From Eledone cirrhosa (lineage: Eukaryota): a stretch of 64,000 nucleotides of DNA. Below, piece after piece: positions 12,301 to 26,288 of the stretch. The translations under genes and the position numbers were made by a program. The notes under the pieces were generated by a model that was given only the letters and a program-made list of their open reading frames with translations, did no database searches and was not told where the DNA came from. The DNA lies in assembly GCA_964016885.1 (NCBI GenBank), contig OZ024743.1:114390001-114454000 (forward strand), in the 5' to 3' direction. The stretch's first letter is position 1. Each line of letters starts with the position of its first letter.

Positions 12301-15300
12301 GTCATCTAATGGTCAGTCTGTATCTATAGTCTCGTGTAGTCATCTAATGGTCAGTCTGTATCTATAGTCTCCTGTAGTCATCTAATGGTCAGTCTGTATC
12401 TATAGTTTTGTGTGGTCATCTAATGGTCAGTCTGTATCTCTAGTCTCGTGTGGTCATCTAATGGTCAGTCTGTATCTATAGTCTTCTGTGGTCATCTAAT
12501 GGTCAGTCTGTATCTATAGTTTTGTGTGGTCATAAATGGTCAGTCTGTATCTATAGTCTCGTGTGGTCATCTAATGGTCAGTCTGTATCTATAGTCTTCT
12601 GTGGTCATCTAATGGTCAGTCTGTATCTATAGTCTCGTGTAGTTATCTAATGGTCAGCCTGTATCTATAGTCGTGTGTGCTCATCTAATGGTCAGTCTGT
12701 ATCTATTGTTTTGTGTGGTCATCTAATGGTCAGTCTGTATCTATAGTCTTGTGTGGTCATCTAATCGTCAGTCTGTATCTATAGTCTCGTGTAGTCATCT
12801 AATGGTCAGTCTGTATCTATAGTCTCGTGTGGTCATCTAATTGTCAGTCTGTATATATAGTCTCGTGTGGTCATCTAATGGTCAGTCTGTATGTATAGTC
12901 TTCTGTGGTCATCTAATGGTCAGTCTGTATCTATAGTCTCGTGTAGTCATCTAATGGTCTGTCTGTATCTATAGTCTCGTGTAGTCATCTAATGGTCAGT
13001 CTGTATCTATAGTTTTGTGTGGTCATCTAATGGTCAGACTGTATCTATAGTCTCGTGTGGTCATCTAATGGTCAGTCTGTATCTATAGTCTTCTGTGGTC
13101 ATCTAATGGTCAGTCTGTATCTATAGTCTTGTGTCGTCATCTAATGGTCAGACTGTATCTATAGTCTTGTGTGGTCATCTAATGGTCAGTCTGTATCTAT
13201 AGTCTTGTGTGGTCATCTAATGGTCAGCCTGTATCTATAGTCTTGTGTGGTAATCTAATGGTCAGTCTGTATCTAGTGTGTTGTGTCATCATCTAATAGC
13301 AAGTCTATATCTATTGTCTCGTGTGGTCATTTAATGGTCAGTCTGTATCTATAGTCTCGTGTCGTCATCTAATGGTCAGTCTGTATCTATAGTCTTCTGT
13401 GGTCATCTAATGGTCAGTCTGTATCTATAGTCTTCTGTGGTCATCTAATGGTCAGTCTGTAACTATAGTCTTGTGTAGTCATCTAATGGCCACTCTGTAT
13501 CTATAGTCTTCTGTGGTCATCTAATGGTCAGTCTGTATATATACTCTTGTGTGGTCATTTAATGGTCAGTATGTATCTATAGTCTTCTGTGGTCATCTAA
13601 TGGTCAGTCTGTATCTATAGTCTTGTGTGGTCATCTAATGGTCAGTCTGTATCTATAGTCTTCTGTGGTCATCTAATGGTCAGTCTGTATCTAGTGTGTT
13701 TTGTGGTCATCTAATGGTCAGTCTGTATATATAGTCTCGTGTGGTCATCTAATGGTCAGTCTGTATCTATAGTCGTGTGTGGTCATCTAATGGTCAGTCT
13801 GTATCTATAGTCTTCTGTGGTCATCTAATGGTCAGTCTGTATCAATAGTCTCCTGTGGTCATCTAATGGTCAGTCTGTATCTATAGTCTTGTGTGGTCAT
13901 CTGATGGTCAGTCTGTATCTATAGTCTCGTAGAGTCATCTAATGGTCTGTCTGTATCTATAGTCTCGTGTAGTCATCTAATGGTCAGTCTGTATCTATAG
14001 TCTTGTGTGGTCATCTAATGGTCAGTCTGTATCTATTGTCTCGTGTGCTCATCTAATGGCCAGTCTGTATCTATAGTCTTGTGTGGTCATCTAATGATCA
14101 GTCTGTATCTAGTGTGTTGTGTGGTCATCTAATGGTCAGTCTGTATCTATAGTCTCGTGTGGTCATCTAATGGTCAGTCTGTATATATTGTCTCGTGTGC
14201 TCATCTAATTATCAGTCTGTATCTATAGTCTGTATCTATAGTCTTGTGTGGTCATCTAATGGTCAGTCTGTATCTATTGTCTCGTGTGGTCATCTAATTA
14301 TCAGTCTGTATCTATAGTCTGTATCTATAGTCTTGTGTGGTCATCTAATGGTCAGTCTGTATCTATACTCTTGTGTGGTCATCTAATGGCCAGCCTGTAT
14401 CTAGTGTGTTGTGTGGTCATCTAATGGTCAGTCTGTAACCAGTGTCTTGTGTGGTCATCTAATGGTCAGTCTGTATCTATAGTCTTCTGTGGTCATCTAA
14501 TGGTCAGTCTATATCTATAGTCTTGTGTGGTCATCTAATGGTCTGTCTGTATCTATTGTCTCTTGTAGTCATCTAATGGTCAGTCTGTATCTATACTCTT
14601 GTGTGGTCATCTAATGTTCAGTCCGTATGTATTGTTGTGTGTGGTCATCTAATGGTCAGTCTGTATCTATAGTCTTGTGTGGTCATCTAATGGTCAGTCT
14701 GTATCTATAGTCTTGTGTGGTCATCTAATGGTCAGTCTGTATCTATAGTCTCGTGTAGTCATCTAATGGTCAGTCTGTATCTATAGTCTCCTGTAGTCAT
14801 CTAATTGTCAGTCTGTATCTATAGTTTTGTGTGGTCATCTAATGGTCAGTCTGTATCTCTAGTCTCGTGTGGTCATCTAATGGTCAGTCTGTATCTATAG
14901 TCTTCTGTGGTCATCTAATTGTCAGTCTGTATCTATAGTCTCGTGTAGTCATCTAATGGTCAGTCTGTATCTATAGTCTCGTGTAGTCATCTAATGGTCA
15001 GTCTGTATCTATAGTTTTGTGTGGTCATCTAATGGTCAGTCTGTATCTATAGTCTCGTGTGGTCATCTAATGGTCAGTCTGTATCTATAGTCTTCTGTGG
15101 TCATCTAATGGTGAGTCTGTATCTATAGACTCGTGTAGTTATCTAATGGTCAGTCTGTATCTATAGTCGTGTGCTCATCTAATGGTCAGTCTGTATCTAT
15201 TGTTTTGTGTGGTCATCTAATGGTCAGTCTGTATCTATACTCTTGTGTGGTCCTCTAATGGTCAGTCTGTATCTATTGTTTTGTGTGGTCATCTAATGGT

Positions 15301-18300
15301 TAGTCTGTATCTATAGACTTGTGTGGTCATGTAATCGTCAGTCTGTATCTATAGTCTCGTGTAGTCATCTAATGGTCAGTCTGTATCTATAGTCTCGTGT
15401 AGTCATCTAATGGTCAGTCTGTATCTATAGTTGTGTGTGGTCATCTAATTGTCAGTCTGTATCTATAGTCTCGTGTGGTCATCTAATTGTCAGTCTGTAT
15501 CTATAGTCTCGTGTGGTCATCTAATGGTCAGTCTGTATGTATAGTCTTCTGTGGTCATCTAATGGTCAGTCTGTATCTATAGTCTCGTGTAGTCATCTAA
15601 TGGTCTGTCTGTATCTATAGTCTCGTGTAGTCATCTAATGGTCAGTCTGTATCTATAGTCTTCTGTGGTCATCTAATGGTCAGTCTGTATCTATAGTCTT
15701 GTGTCGTCATCTAATGGTCAGACTGTATCTATAGTCTTGTGTGGTCATCTAATGGTCAGTCTGTATCTATAGTCTTGTGTGGTCATCTAATGGTCAGCCT
15801 GTATCTATAGTCTTGTGTGGTAATCTAATGGTCTGTTTGTATCTAGTGTGTTGTGTGATCATCTAATAGCAAGTCTATATCTATTGTCTCGTGTGGTCAT
15901 CTAATGGTCAGTCTGTATCTATAGTCTCGTGTCGTCATCTAATGGTCAGTCTGTATCTATAGTCTTCTGTGGTCATCTAATGGTCAGTCTGTATCTATAG
16001 TCTTCTGTGGTCATCTAATGGTCAGTCTGTAACTATAGTCTTGTGTAGTCATCTAATGGCCACTCTGTATCTATAGTCTTCTGTGGTCATCTAATGGTCA
16101 GTCTGTATATATACTCTTGTGTGGTCATTTAATAATCAGTATGTATCTATAGTCTTCTGTGGTCATCTAATGGTCAGTCTGTATCTATAGTCTTGTGTGG
16201 TCATCTAATGGTCAGACTGTATCTATAGTCTTCTGTGGTCATCTAATGGTCAGTCTGTATCTAGTGTGTTTTGTGGTCATCTAATGATCAGTCTGTATCT
16301 ATAGTCTCGTGTGGTCATCTAATGGTCAGTCTGTATCTATAGTCGTGTGTGGTCATCTAATGGTCAGTCTGTATCTATAGTCTTCTGTGGTCATCTAATG
16401 GTCAGTCTGTATCTATAGTCTCCTGTGGTCATCTAATGGTCAGTCTGTATCTTTAGTCTTGTGTGGTCATCTAATGGTCAGCCTGTATCTAGTGTGTTGT
16501 GTGGCCATCTAATGGTCAGTCTGTATCTAGTGTCTTGTGTGGTCATCTAATAGCCAGTCTGTATCTATAGTCTCGTGTGGTCATCTAATGGTCAGTTTGT
16601 ATCTATAGTCTTCTGTGGTCATCTAATGGTCAGTCTGTATCTATAGTCTTGTTGTGTGGTCATCTAATGGCAGTCTGTATCTATAGTCTTGTGTGGTCAT
16701 CTGATGGTCAGTCTGTATCTATAGTCTCGTAGAGTCATCTAATGGTCTGTCTGTATCTATAGTCTCGTGTAGTCATCTAATGGTCAGTCTGTATCTATAG
16801 TCTTGTGTGGTCATCTAATGGTCAGTCTGTATCTATTGTCTCGTGTGCTCATCTAATGGCCAGTCTGTATCTATAGTCTTGTGTGGTCATCTAATGGTCA
16901 GTCTGTATCTAGTGTGTTGTGTGGTCATCTAATGGGCAGTCTGTATCTATAGTCTCGTGTGGTCATCTAATGGTCAGTCTGTATATATTGTCTCGTGTGC
17001 TCATCTAATTATCAGTCTGTATCTATAGTCTGTATCTATAGTCTTGTGTGGTCATCTAATGGTCAGTCTGTATCTATTGTCTCGTGTGGTCATCTAATTA
17101 TCAGTCTGTATCTATAGTCTGTATCTATAGTCTTGTGTGGTCATCTAATGGTCAGTCTGTATCTATAGTCTTATGTGGTCATCTATTAGGCAGTCTGTAT
17201 CTATACTCTTGTGTGGTCATCTAATGGTCAGCCTGTATCTAGTGTGTTGTGTGGTCATCTAATGGTCAGTCTGTAACCAGTGTCTTGTGTGGTCATCTAA
17301 TGGTCAGTCTGTATCTATAGTCTTCTGTGGTCATCTAATGGTCAGTCTGTATCTATAGTCTTGTGTGGTCATCTAATGGTCAGTCTGTATCTATTGTCTC
17401 TTGTAGTCATCTAATGGTCAGTCTGTATCTATACTCTTGTGTGGTCATCTAATGTTCAGTCCGTATGTATTGTTGTGTGCGGTCATCTAATGGTCAGTCT
17501 GTATCTATAGTCTTGTGTGGTCATCTAATGGTCAGTGTGTATCTATAGTCTTGTGTGGTCATCTAATGGTCAGTCTGTATCTATAGTCTCGTGTAGTCAT
17601 CTAATGGTCAGTCTGTATCTATAGTCTCCTGTAGTCATCTAATTGTCAGTCTGTATCTATAGTTTTGTGTGGTCATCTAATGGTCAGTCTGTATCTCTAG
17701 TCTCGTGTGGTCATCTAATGGTCAGTCTGTATCTATAGTCTTCTGTGGTCATCTAATGGTCAGTCTGTATCTATAGTCTCGTGTAGTCATCTAATGGTCA
17801 GTCTGTATCTATAGTCTCGTGTAGTCATCTAATGGTCAGTCTGTATCTATAGTTTTGTGTGGTCATCTAATGGTCAGTCTGTATCTATAGTCTCGTGTGG
17901 TCATCTAATGGTCAGTCTGTATCTATAGTCTTCTGGGGTCATCTAATGGTGAGTCTGTATCTATAGACTCGTGTAGTTATCTAATGGTCAGTCTGTATCT
18001 ATAGTCGTGTGTGCTCATCTAATGGTCAGTCGGTATCTATTGTTTTGTGTGGTCATCTAATGGTCAGTCTGTATCTATACTCTTGTGTGGTCATCTAATG
18101 GTCAGTCTGTTTCTATTGTTTTGTGTGGTCATCTAATGGTTAGTCTGTATCTATAGTCTTGTGTGGTCATGTAATCGTCAGTCTGTATCTATTGTCTCGT
18201 GTAGTCATCTAATGGTCAGTCTGTATCTATAGTCTCGTGTAGTCATCTAATGGTCAGTCTGTATCTATAGTTGTGTGTGGTCATCTAATTGTCAGTCTGT

Positions 18301-19881
18301 ATCTATAGTCTTGTGTGGTCATCTAATGGTCAGTCTGTATCTATAGTCTTGTGTGGTCATCTATTGGTCAGTCTGTATCTATAGTCTTGTGTGGTAATCT
18401 AATGGTCAGTCTGTATCTAGTGTGTTGTGTGATCTTCTAATAGCAAGTCTATATCTATTGTCTCGTGTGGTCATCTAATGGTCAGTCTGTATCTAGTCTC
18501 GTGTCGTCATCTAATGGTCAGTCTGTATCTATAGTCTTCTGTGGTCATCTAATGGACAGTCTGTATCTATAGTCTTCTGTGGTCATCTAATCGTCAGTCT
18601 GTAACTATAGACTTGTGTAGTCATCTAATGGCCACTCTGTATCTATAGTCTTCTGTGGTCATCTAATGGTCAGTCTGTATATATACTCTTGTGTGGTCAT
18701 TTAATGGTCAGTATGTATCTATAGTCTTCTGTGGTCATCTAATGGTCAGTCTGTATCTATAGACTTGTGTGGTCATCTAATGGTCAGTCTGTATCTAGTG
18801 TGTTTTGTGGTCATCTAATGGTCAGTCTGTATCTATAGTCTCGTGTGGTCATCTAATGGTCAGTCTGTATCTATAGTCGTGTGTGGTCATCTAATGGTCA
18901 GTCTGTATCTATAGTCTTCTATGGTCATCTAATGGTAAGTCTCTATCTATAGTCTCCTGTGGTCATCTAATGGTCAGTCTGTATCTTTAGTCTTGTGTGG
19001 TCATCTAAGTGTCAGTCTGTATCTATAGTCTCCTGTGGTCATCTAATGGTCAGTCTGTATCTTTAGTCTTGTGTGGTCATCTAATGGTCAGTCTGTAACC
19101 AGTGTCTTGTGTGGTCATCTAATAGCCAGTCTGTATCTATAGTCTTCTGTGGTCATCTAATGGTCAGTCTGTATCTATAGTCTTGTTGTGTGGTCATCTA
19201 ATGGTCAGTCTGTATCTATAGTCTTGTGTGGTCATCTAATGGTCAGTCTGTATCTATAGTCTCGTGTAGTCATCTAATGGTCTGTCTGTATCTATAGTTT
19301 CGTGTAGTCATCTAATGGTCTGTCTGTATCTATAGTCTCGTGTAATCATCTAATGGTCAGTCTGTATTTATAGTTTTGTGTAGTCATCTAATGGTCAGTC
19401 TGTATCTATAGTTTCGTGTGGTCATCTAATGGTCAGTCTGTATCTATAGTCTTGTGTAGTCATCTAATAGCCAGTCTGTATCTATAGTCTCCTGTGGTCA
19501 TCTAATGGTCAGTCTGTATCTATAGTCTTCTGTGGTCATCTAATGGTCAGTCTGTATCTATAGTCTTCTGTGGTCATCTAATGGTCAGTCTGTATCTATA
19601 GTCTTGTGTGGTCATCTAATGGTCAGTCTGTATCTATAGTCTTGTGTGGTCATCTAATGGTCAGTCTGTATCTATAGTCTTGTGTGGTCATCTAATGGTC
19701 AATCTGTATCTATAGTCTTCTGTGGTCATCTAATGGTCAGTCTGTATCTATAGTCTTCTGTGGTCATCTAATGGTCTGTCTGTATCTAGTGTGTTGTCTG
19801 GTCATCTAATGGTCAGTCTGTATCTAGTGTGTTGTCTGGTCATCTAATGGTCAGTCTGTATCTATAGTCGTGTGTAGTTGT
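9311..19881. repeat. 38-bp tandem satellite, about 278 copies (consensus GTGTGGTCATCTAATGGTCAGTCTGTATCTATAGTCTT)
   Basis: Direct 38-bp periodicity with recurrent variant monomers and no unique spacers. Confidence 0.97.
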
Positions 19882-20879
19882 TTAATAGTTACTGTTTCCA
19901 TGGAGTAATTGATATCCAGTGTTCCCAGAAAATCCGTTCAATTGCCCTCTAAGATAAAACCACATATGAACCACACTGCAGTCGTCGGTCACTATTAAAC
20001 ATAACCTAATAGGATTTGGCATGCTTTTGCTAAGGGTTTTAGGAACCCAAGCTGTAGTCACAAGTAGAGACAGACATACTATCGACACTCCCTCTTTTCA
20101 TTCAGTGGTACATCGAGGACGCGACTGATGGAAAGAAGAATATTCGAACCAGCTGTAATCTGATACTTTCTTTATCGACCCAGAAAAAATAAAAGGTAAA
20201 GTGAGCCTCGGTGGGACTTATACTCTGAACGCAGAAATCAGAAACAATTATCGAACACTTTAACGACAGTCGCATTTAATCCACACACCCATAGAAGCAT
20301 TAACTGACTTAGCCCGGAATGTGGGGTGTACTTCTGATCTGCATGGCCCTTGTAAGGACCTCTATGGCTAGCTGCACCATTGTCAGTGTCTGGTTCAAAT
20401 ATCTACTGAAGACCATATTGGTGAGGCTTGATTTTGTGCTAAATAATAACAACTACTCTTATTACTGCTACGACTACTACCACCTTCTCCACAGCAAAAA
20501 CAGCATAAACAACAGCAGCAACTACTACTACTACTACTACTACTTGTTTATTTAATTCATCACAACTAGGTAGATTAAACTTCACAATGTGGGTAGAAGA
20601 CTGGATTCGAACTGCCGCACCTTCGATCCATACGCATGTATTCTTTACTTATTTTGCTAGCTGTAATGTATGTGGATGTAGACGTGTGTTTTATATCTAT
20701 TCTGCATGCTATATAACACCTCGCCAGTCGTAGATGTGTCTCAGGAGAATCAATGCTGCTTTGTTTATCGCTGTTTGGTAGAGTTGGAAATATGCTAATT
20801 TGTATTAGTCTCATACAAATATGCAAAGTGTTAACGGATTTTGAATATCGAGAAATTTGCATGATTAATGCGAAAACAA

Positions 20880-20922
<43 letters not shown>

Positions 20923-21139
20923 GAACAGAAATTAAAACATGAAATGTGCAAAGTAAACAACTAAAGAAATAAGTAAATACCTGAATTAATAAACGTGGCA
21001 CATAAGAACCGAAAGAGATTTAAATGTGGAGAAAAATTTTCTTTTAACAAAATTCCTCGTTATCTTCTATTTTAATGTTCTGTGCTTCATTGCGAGAAAA
21101 CTATGTTTAATCATTGATATTGTTTTTTAGTTTAGGAAG

Positions 21140-22312
21140 CACAAAGTGAACAAATTTGTGTGAGGGGAATATTGAGTAAATCAACTCCAGTGATTGATTG
21201 GTAGTTTATTTTATCGACCTCGGACAGACGAAAGGCAAAGTTGCCCGGCCGGTATTTGAACACAGAATGTAAAGGGCCGTAACCAAACAGTGCGGCTCTA
21301 ACGATATTACCAATCAGCCGATTAATGATTTTTAACTTAAGCACAAAGCCAGCAATTTGGGGGAAGGGGAAAGTTGATTATGATGCCGTATTTTATCGAG
21401 CCCAGAAAGAAGTAAGAAAAAGTTGACCTCAGTGGGATTTGAACAAAGAATATAAAGAACCAGATGAAATACCACAATAGCATTATAACCAACATTGTAT
21501 CAAGTGTGCCAACCCCCCACTCTCTGTTTAGCCGTTAGTATTGATTTATAATTTAGGGACAAGGCAAGCAAATTTAGAGTAATTGCCAAATTGATTGAGT
21601 CAATCACAGTACTTGCACAAGTCCAGCAATTTGGGGGAAGGGAAAAGTTGATTATGGTAGTTATTTTATTGAACCCGGAAAGATGAAAGGAAATAGTTGA
21701 CGTTGGTTGGAATTGAGCTAAGAATGCAGAAACGCGTAACGACATTATATCCCACGCCCTATTAATTCTGCCAATTCCCCACCCTGAGTTTAGCCATTTA
21801 CAGTGATTTCTGATTTTGGTACAAGGCCAGCAAAAATTATTTTATCGACGCCGGTAAGATGAAGGTTGAACCCGGGTGGGATTTGAACTCAGAATGTAAA
21901 GAGCAAGAACAAATACCAAGGTGGTTTAACCGACAATCTACCAAATCCGTCAACTCACCACCGTTTTTTAATCATTAATATTAAGGATAAGTGAATTATT
22001 AAACATACATAGAGGCAAAACAATATATATATATTTGCAATTAGAGCCGGCTATGCAGGTAACTATAATAATAGTTGATAACTATAAACAATTGTTTCTG
22101 CTTTTGGCACAAAACCTGCAATTTGAAGGGAAGGAGAAAGCTGATTAAATTGACCCCGGTTCGTTACTGGTGCTTTATTTTATCGACCCCGCAAGAATGA
22201 AAGGCAAAGCTGACCTCGGAGGGATTTGAACTCAGAACGTAAAGGGCCGTAACTATATGCGGCAAAACATGTCGTCTGGCGTTCTACCGATACTGACAAT
22301 TCACTGCCCTCG
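21140..22312 (-). mobile_element. Cluster of about 5 degenerate tRNA-SINE copies
   Basis: Repeated reverse-complement SINE motifs (TTTATCGACCC...GAAAGGCAAAG...GGATTTGAACTCAGAA) near 21140-21310, 21340-21520, 21615-21785, 21815-21962 and 22095-22312. Confidence 0.75.
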
Positions 22313-22871
22313 CTGTTAACTATAACAAATTGAACAAATCGGGTAAAGAATTCCCGAAGACAGGAAAAAGTGGAGAGAGTTGTGATGATAGTGAGAAAAT
22401 TCATTTCTGTCAACATGGAAGAAGCAGAGCAAACCAACAGGTAAATCATGATAACATTAACTAAAAAAATAGAGAAAGGATAAAGGAAGAAACGAAATGT
22501 GGTTCTTAGAAATTCTTAGAAAATAGGAAGAATGAATAAAATTAAGTGTGATAGATACAAATATTTAAAGATGAAAACTGTTAAAGAAACGATATGAGTA
22601 TATAATTGACAGTTAATGAAAAATATATCTATACATGCTTACATGCCAGAATTTATAACTCGCTTGTTAGTTATATTTATTAACATACTTATTTTATATG
22701 GTTTTATAAATATAGTTTCCATTTGTTAATATCGTATTTTTACTCCAAATATTTGTCGAGTGCTTTATATCAGTTATAAAAATATTTGCTTGTTGTATCC
22801 CAACAATTTAAATAGAACTTTTACATATATATATATATATGTACACACACACACACACACACACATATGTA

Positions 22872-23057
22872 GGGTGGTGGGTTGGCAGTATCGGTGGAGC
22901 GTCAGTCAACATGTTTTACGGCATAGAGTTAGGGCATATATTTACGACTCTTTCCGATTTGAGTTCAAATCCTGCCGATAATGCACTGGGGTCGATTTAA
23001 TCGACTTTCCCCCCCCCAAAAAAAATTGTTGGCCTTGTGCCTAAATCAGAAACCAAT
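22872..23057 (+). mobile_element. tRNA-derived SINE
   Basis: GGGTGGTGGGTTGGCAGTATCGGTGGAGC...GAGTTCAAATCC...GGGGTCGATTTAATCGACT...GGCCTTGTGCCTAAATCAGAAACC. Confidence 0.75.
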
Positions 23058-23406
23058 ATATAAGGAATAAGGTAATATTCTAGAATCTTATATCATTTTA
23101 TTAAATATGTCATTGCTGGTATACGCATTTCAATGGAATCATTATATCATGGATACGACCTCGACAGGCAGCTATTATATAATTGTTTATACTGCGATAT
23201 GTTCCGGGCGAGTAATTTTGATGCTGTTACCTTAAGCTCGGCAAAAATATGAATGTTGGTAAAAGACTATCTAACACCACTTGGGGTGTATCTACTTCAA
23301 TCATTGGTTGAAAGTAATTCACCCCTGATCGTTTCTCATCACTCCACCTCCCATTAATGATTAGAAGGTAATTAATAAAATGATATACGATTCCAGAATA
23401 TTATTC

Positions 23407-23479
<73 letters not shown>

Positions 23480-24334
23480 TTTATTAAAATAACAGATTTT
23501 AGTCTTCACATTTATTATTGCACTGGTTAATTGCTGGCCTCGTGCCAAAAGTAGAAACAATTATTATTACTATATATATAAACACATACAATATATGCAC
23601 ACACGCACATTCAATAATTTTCTTGCTCTTCCTAATGTTTTCTTGCTCTTCCTAATGTTTATTGCAGTTGACAAATGACACATTTAGAAAATTTGAAATG
23701 TACTCTTCCCAACGTAAATGACTGAAATAATAGTCAATCCCGGTAGGAATTTATAGTGACAAATTTGAGGAAGAACAAAAATAAAAAAAATAAAATAACG
23801 AAAAAAAATAAAAGTCAAACCATTTTAAAGGAAATGGTAAATTCTCGATGGTGGGACAATGACATGTGTGTTTAAGTTTTATGAAATATCATCCTTCAAA
23901 CCACACTATAAAATTTTTGAAAAAATCTAAATGAAAGTCACTTTGAATAATATAATCAGAGCTATACGTTTTGTGAATAAAAGATGGATGATCATAGCTC
24001 AAGAGTTTGATTAATAAATCTGTTAGATCAGGGTTGACTTAAAGCTAAACAATAATGAGATCCCAACTTTCATTTTTCTCGAGAATATTTATTAGCTAAA
24101 GGAAAACTCAAGTGAATGTTTGTATTTCAAAAGCGGAAATTAACATCCAGAATAATTCATGTTTCTCGCAATATTCAATCTCACTGTTGTTGATATTAAA
24201 ACATTGAAACACAAAATATTAGTTATTCTTGTCACGTATATATACACGGTAGCGGAAAAAGGACGACCTCTTAAATATTTTAAAAAGAATAAATATTAGA
24301 TATTTTCTTAAATTTTTTTTTCGGAAAATGTGTA

Positions 24335-24680
24335 TCGGTAGAGCGGCGGATATAATGGACTTCAAATCCCGCCGAGGTTAACTTTGCCTTTAATCCTTAC
24401 GGGGTCGATAAAATAAAGTACCAGTAATACACTAGGTAATTGCTGGCCTTGTGCCAAAAGTAGAAACAATTATCTAGTTACGGTTTTTCAGTTCTGAGTT
24501 CAAATCCTGACAGGGTCAAATTTGCCTAATACCATTTCGTGATCGATAAAATAATGTACCTGTCAAGTTCTGGGGTCGATTTAATAGACTTTTCCTTAGC
24601 CCAAATGTATTGGCAATGTACCTAAAGAAGAAATCATTATTTAGTTACAGCCCTTTACGCTCAGAGTTCAAATCTATCCC
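24335..24680 (+). mobile_element. Tandem SINE fragments
   Basis: Three consecutive TTCAAATC-containing SINE segments with the shared GTCGATAAAATAAAGTACCAG body. Confidence 0.7.
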
Positions 24681-24869
24681 GGAGTGTCCTTTACTTTTTT
24701 ATCGATATAAACGCGTCTGTGATTGATCAGCAACATTACACCAGCAAAAATATTTCTGAGACGCGCATATATATATATGTATGTAAAAGGTAAACAGAAA
24801 TAACAACACAATCGGTACAGTATATGGAAGGGATATATTAGGTTAACGCTTAATATAACAGGAAGAGGG

Positions 24870-24905
24870 TCTTAACGTTTCGGATGCTAGTCCTTCATCA
24901 GAAGA
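24870..24905 (-). ncRNA. Minimal type I hammerhead ribozyme (Penelope-type)
   Basis: Minus strand TCTT-CTGATGA-AGGA ctagca TCC-GAAA-CG-TT-AAGA. Confidence 0.65.
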
Positions 24906-25021
24906 AAGAATGAGAAATAAGATAGATTGAGGGGACGGGCGGGTTGGAATTGGAAAAAATGTCTTTAGATAAAAAAATAACAGGTCCTGTATGTAAATAT
25001 ATATATATGTATGTATATATG

Positions 25022-25059
<38 letters not shown>

Positions 25060-26047
25060 TGTATGTATGTATATGTATATATATATATGTATGTATATAT
25101 ATATATGTATATGTACGTATGTGTGTGTATGGTTGTATGCTTTAGCACTTTCCATTTCGAGTTTATTGTTGACCAGCCACCTTCTCGACAGCAACTGTAG
25201 AAAGAAAAGAAAGCATTCGTCGCCCCTTGTGAAATCATTCACCCTTTCCTTGTGCTATAAAGCTGAGCATTTTGAATTACAGGCATATCTCTGATATATT
25301 GAGACTAATAAATATTTCCGAGTTCAAATTATCTCTGATGCTTCTTATTTTCTTCTATTTTTTCTTCAACTTCTCCAATCTAACTCCCCTCTCTGTTTCT
25401 TTATCCAATTTTGTTGCCATAGAATTTACGACCCCACGTGTATTATAGCGGCTTCCAACACACCCAATCTTCATATTCCTTAATGCTTCAAGCATATCGA
25501 AACACTCTCTCACACAAACATACTCGCACATATAGGTGTGTGTGTGTGTGAATGTATGTGTGTGTCTGGGAACGTGTGCGCGTGGGTATGTATGTGTGTG
25601 TGTGTGCGCGCGTATGTGTGTGTTGATGAAGAAGCGCGTTTAATACGTAAGCAGTTCATCTTTTCCCACATCACATAATTCTCATCATATTCCAGCTTAT
25701 TTCTTCTGCTTGACAGTATCTTCCTACACAATTGTCCCGCACTCTTCCTTCTCCTAATCTGTCCAACTGAAGCCGTCAGCAAATCACTGGCCAACTGGAA
25801 CTCCAACAGAAATGTGATGGATATGTTCTGGATAAGAGTACACTTGCTTGTCGCCCAACACACACATATATACAAACAAAAACACACTCATACATACTTG
25901 CATACATACATCCATTTTAAGAAGAGTTGAGGGCGTAAAAGATGGTCATACTCGATATAATTTATTTATATATATATACAATACATATATACATATATAT
26001 ATATACATATACAATATATATATATACATATATAATATATATACATA

Positions 26048-26131
<84 letters not shown>

Positions 26132-26288
26132 TATGTATATATATTATATATGTATATATATATATATATACATATATATAATCTAACAGACACACACATT
26201 TTATATACTTATGTTCGGATCTAGCTGTCGAAACGGCCGGAACTCAGCCGCCGGGGACCTGAATCTTCTCATATATATATATATATAT

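Noticed and set aside
9311-19881. CRISPR-like array or repetitive ORFs (MCSSNYQSVS...)
   Set aside because: Monomers are contiguous with no unique spacers, there are no cas genes, and the context is eukaryotic. The ORFs are chance readings of the satellite.
25640-25850. Possible host exon or piggyBac C-terminal remnant (minus strand)
   Set aside because: Only vague similarity and no convincing splice sites or termini.
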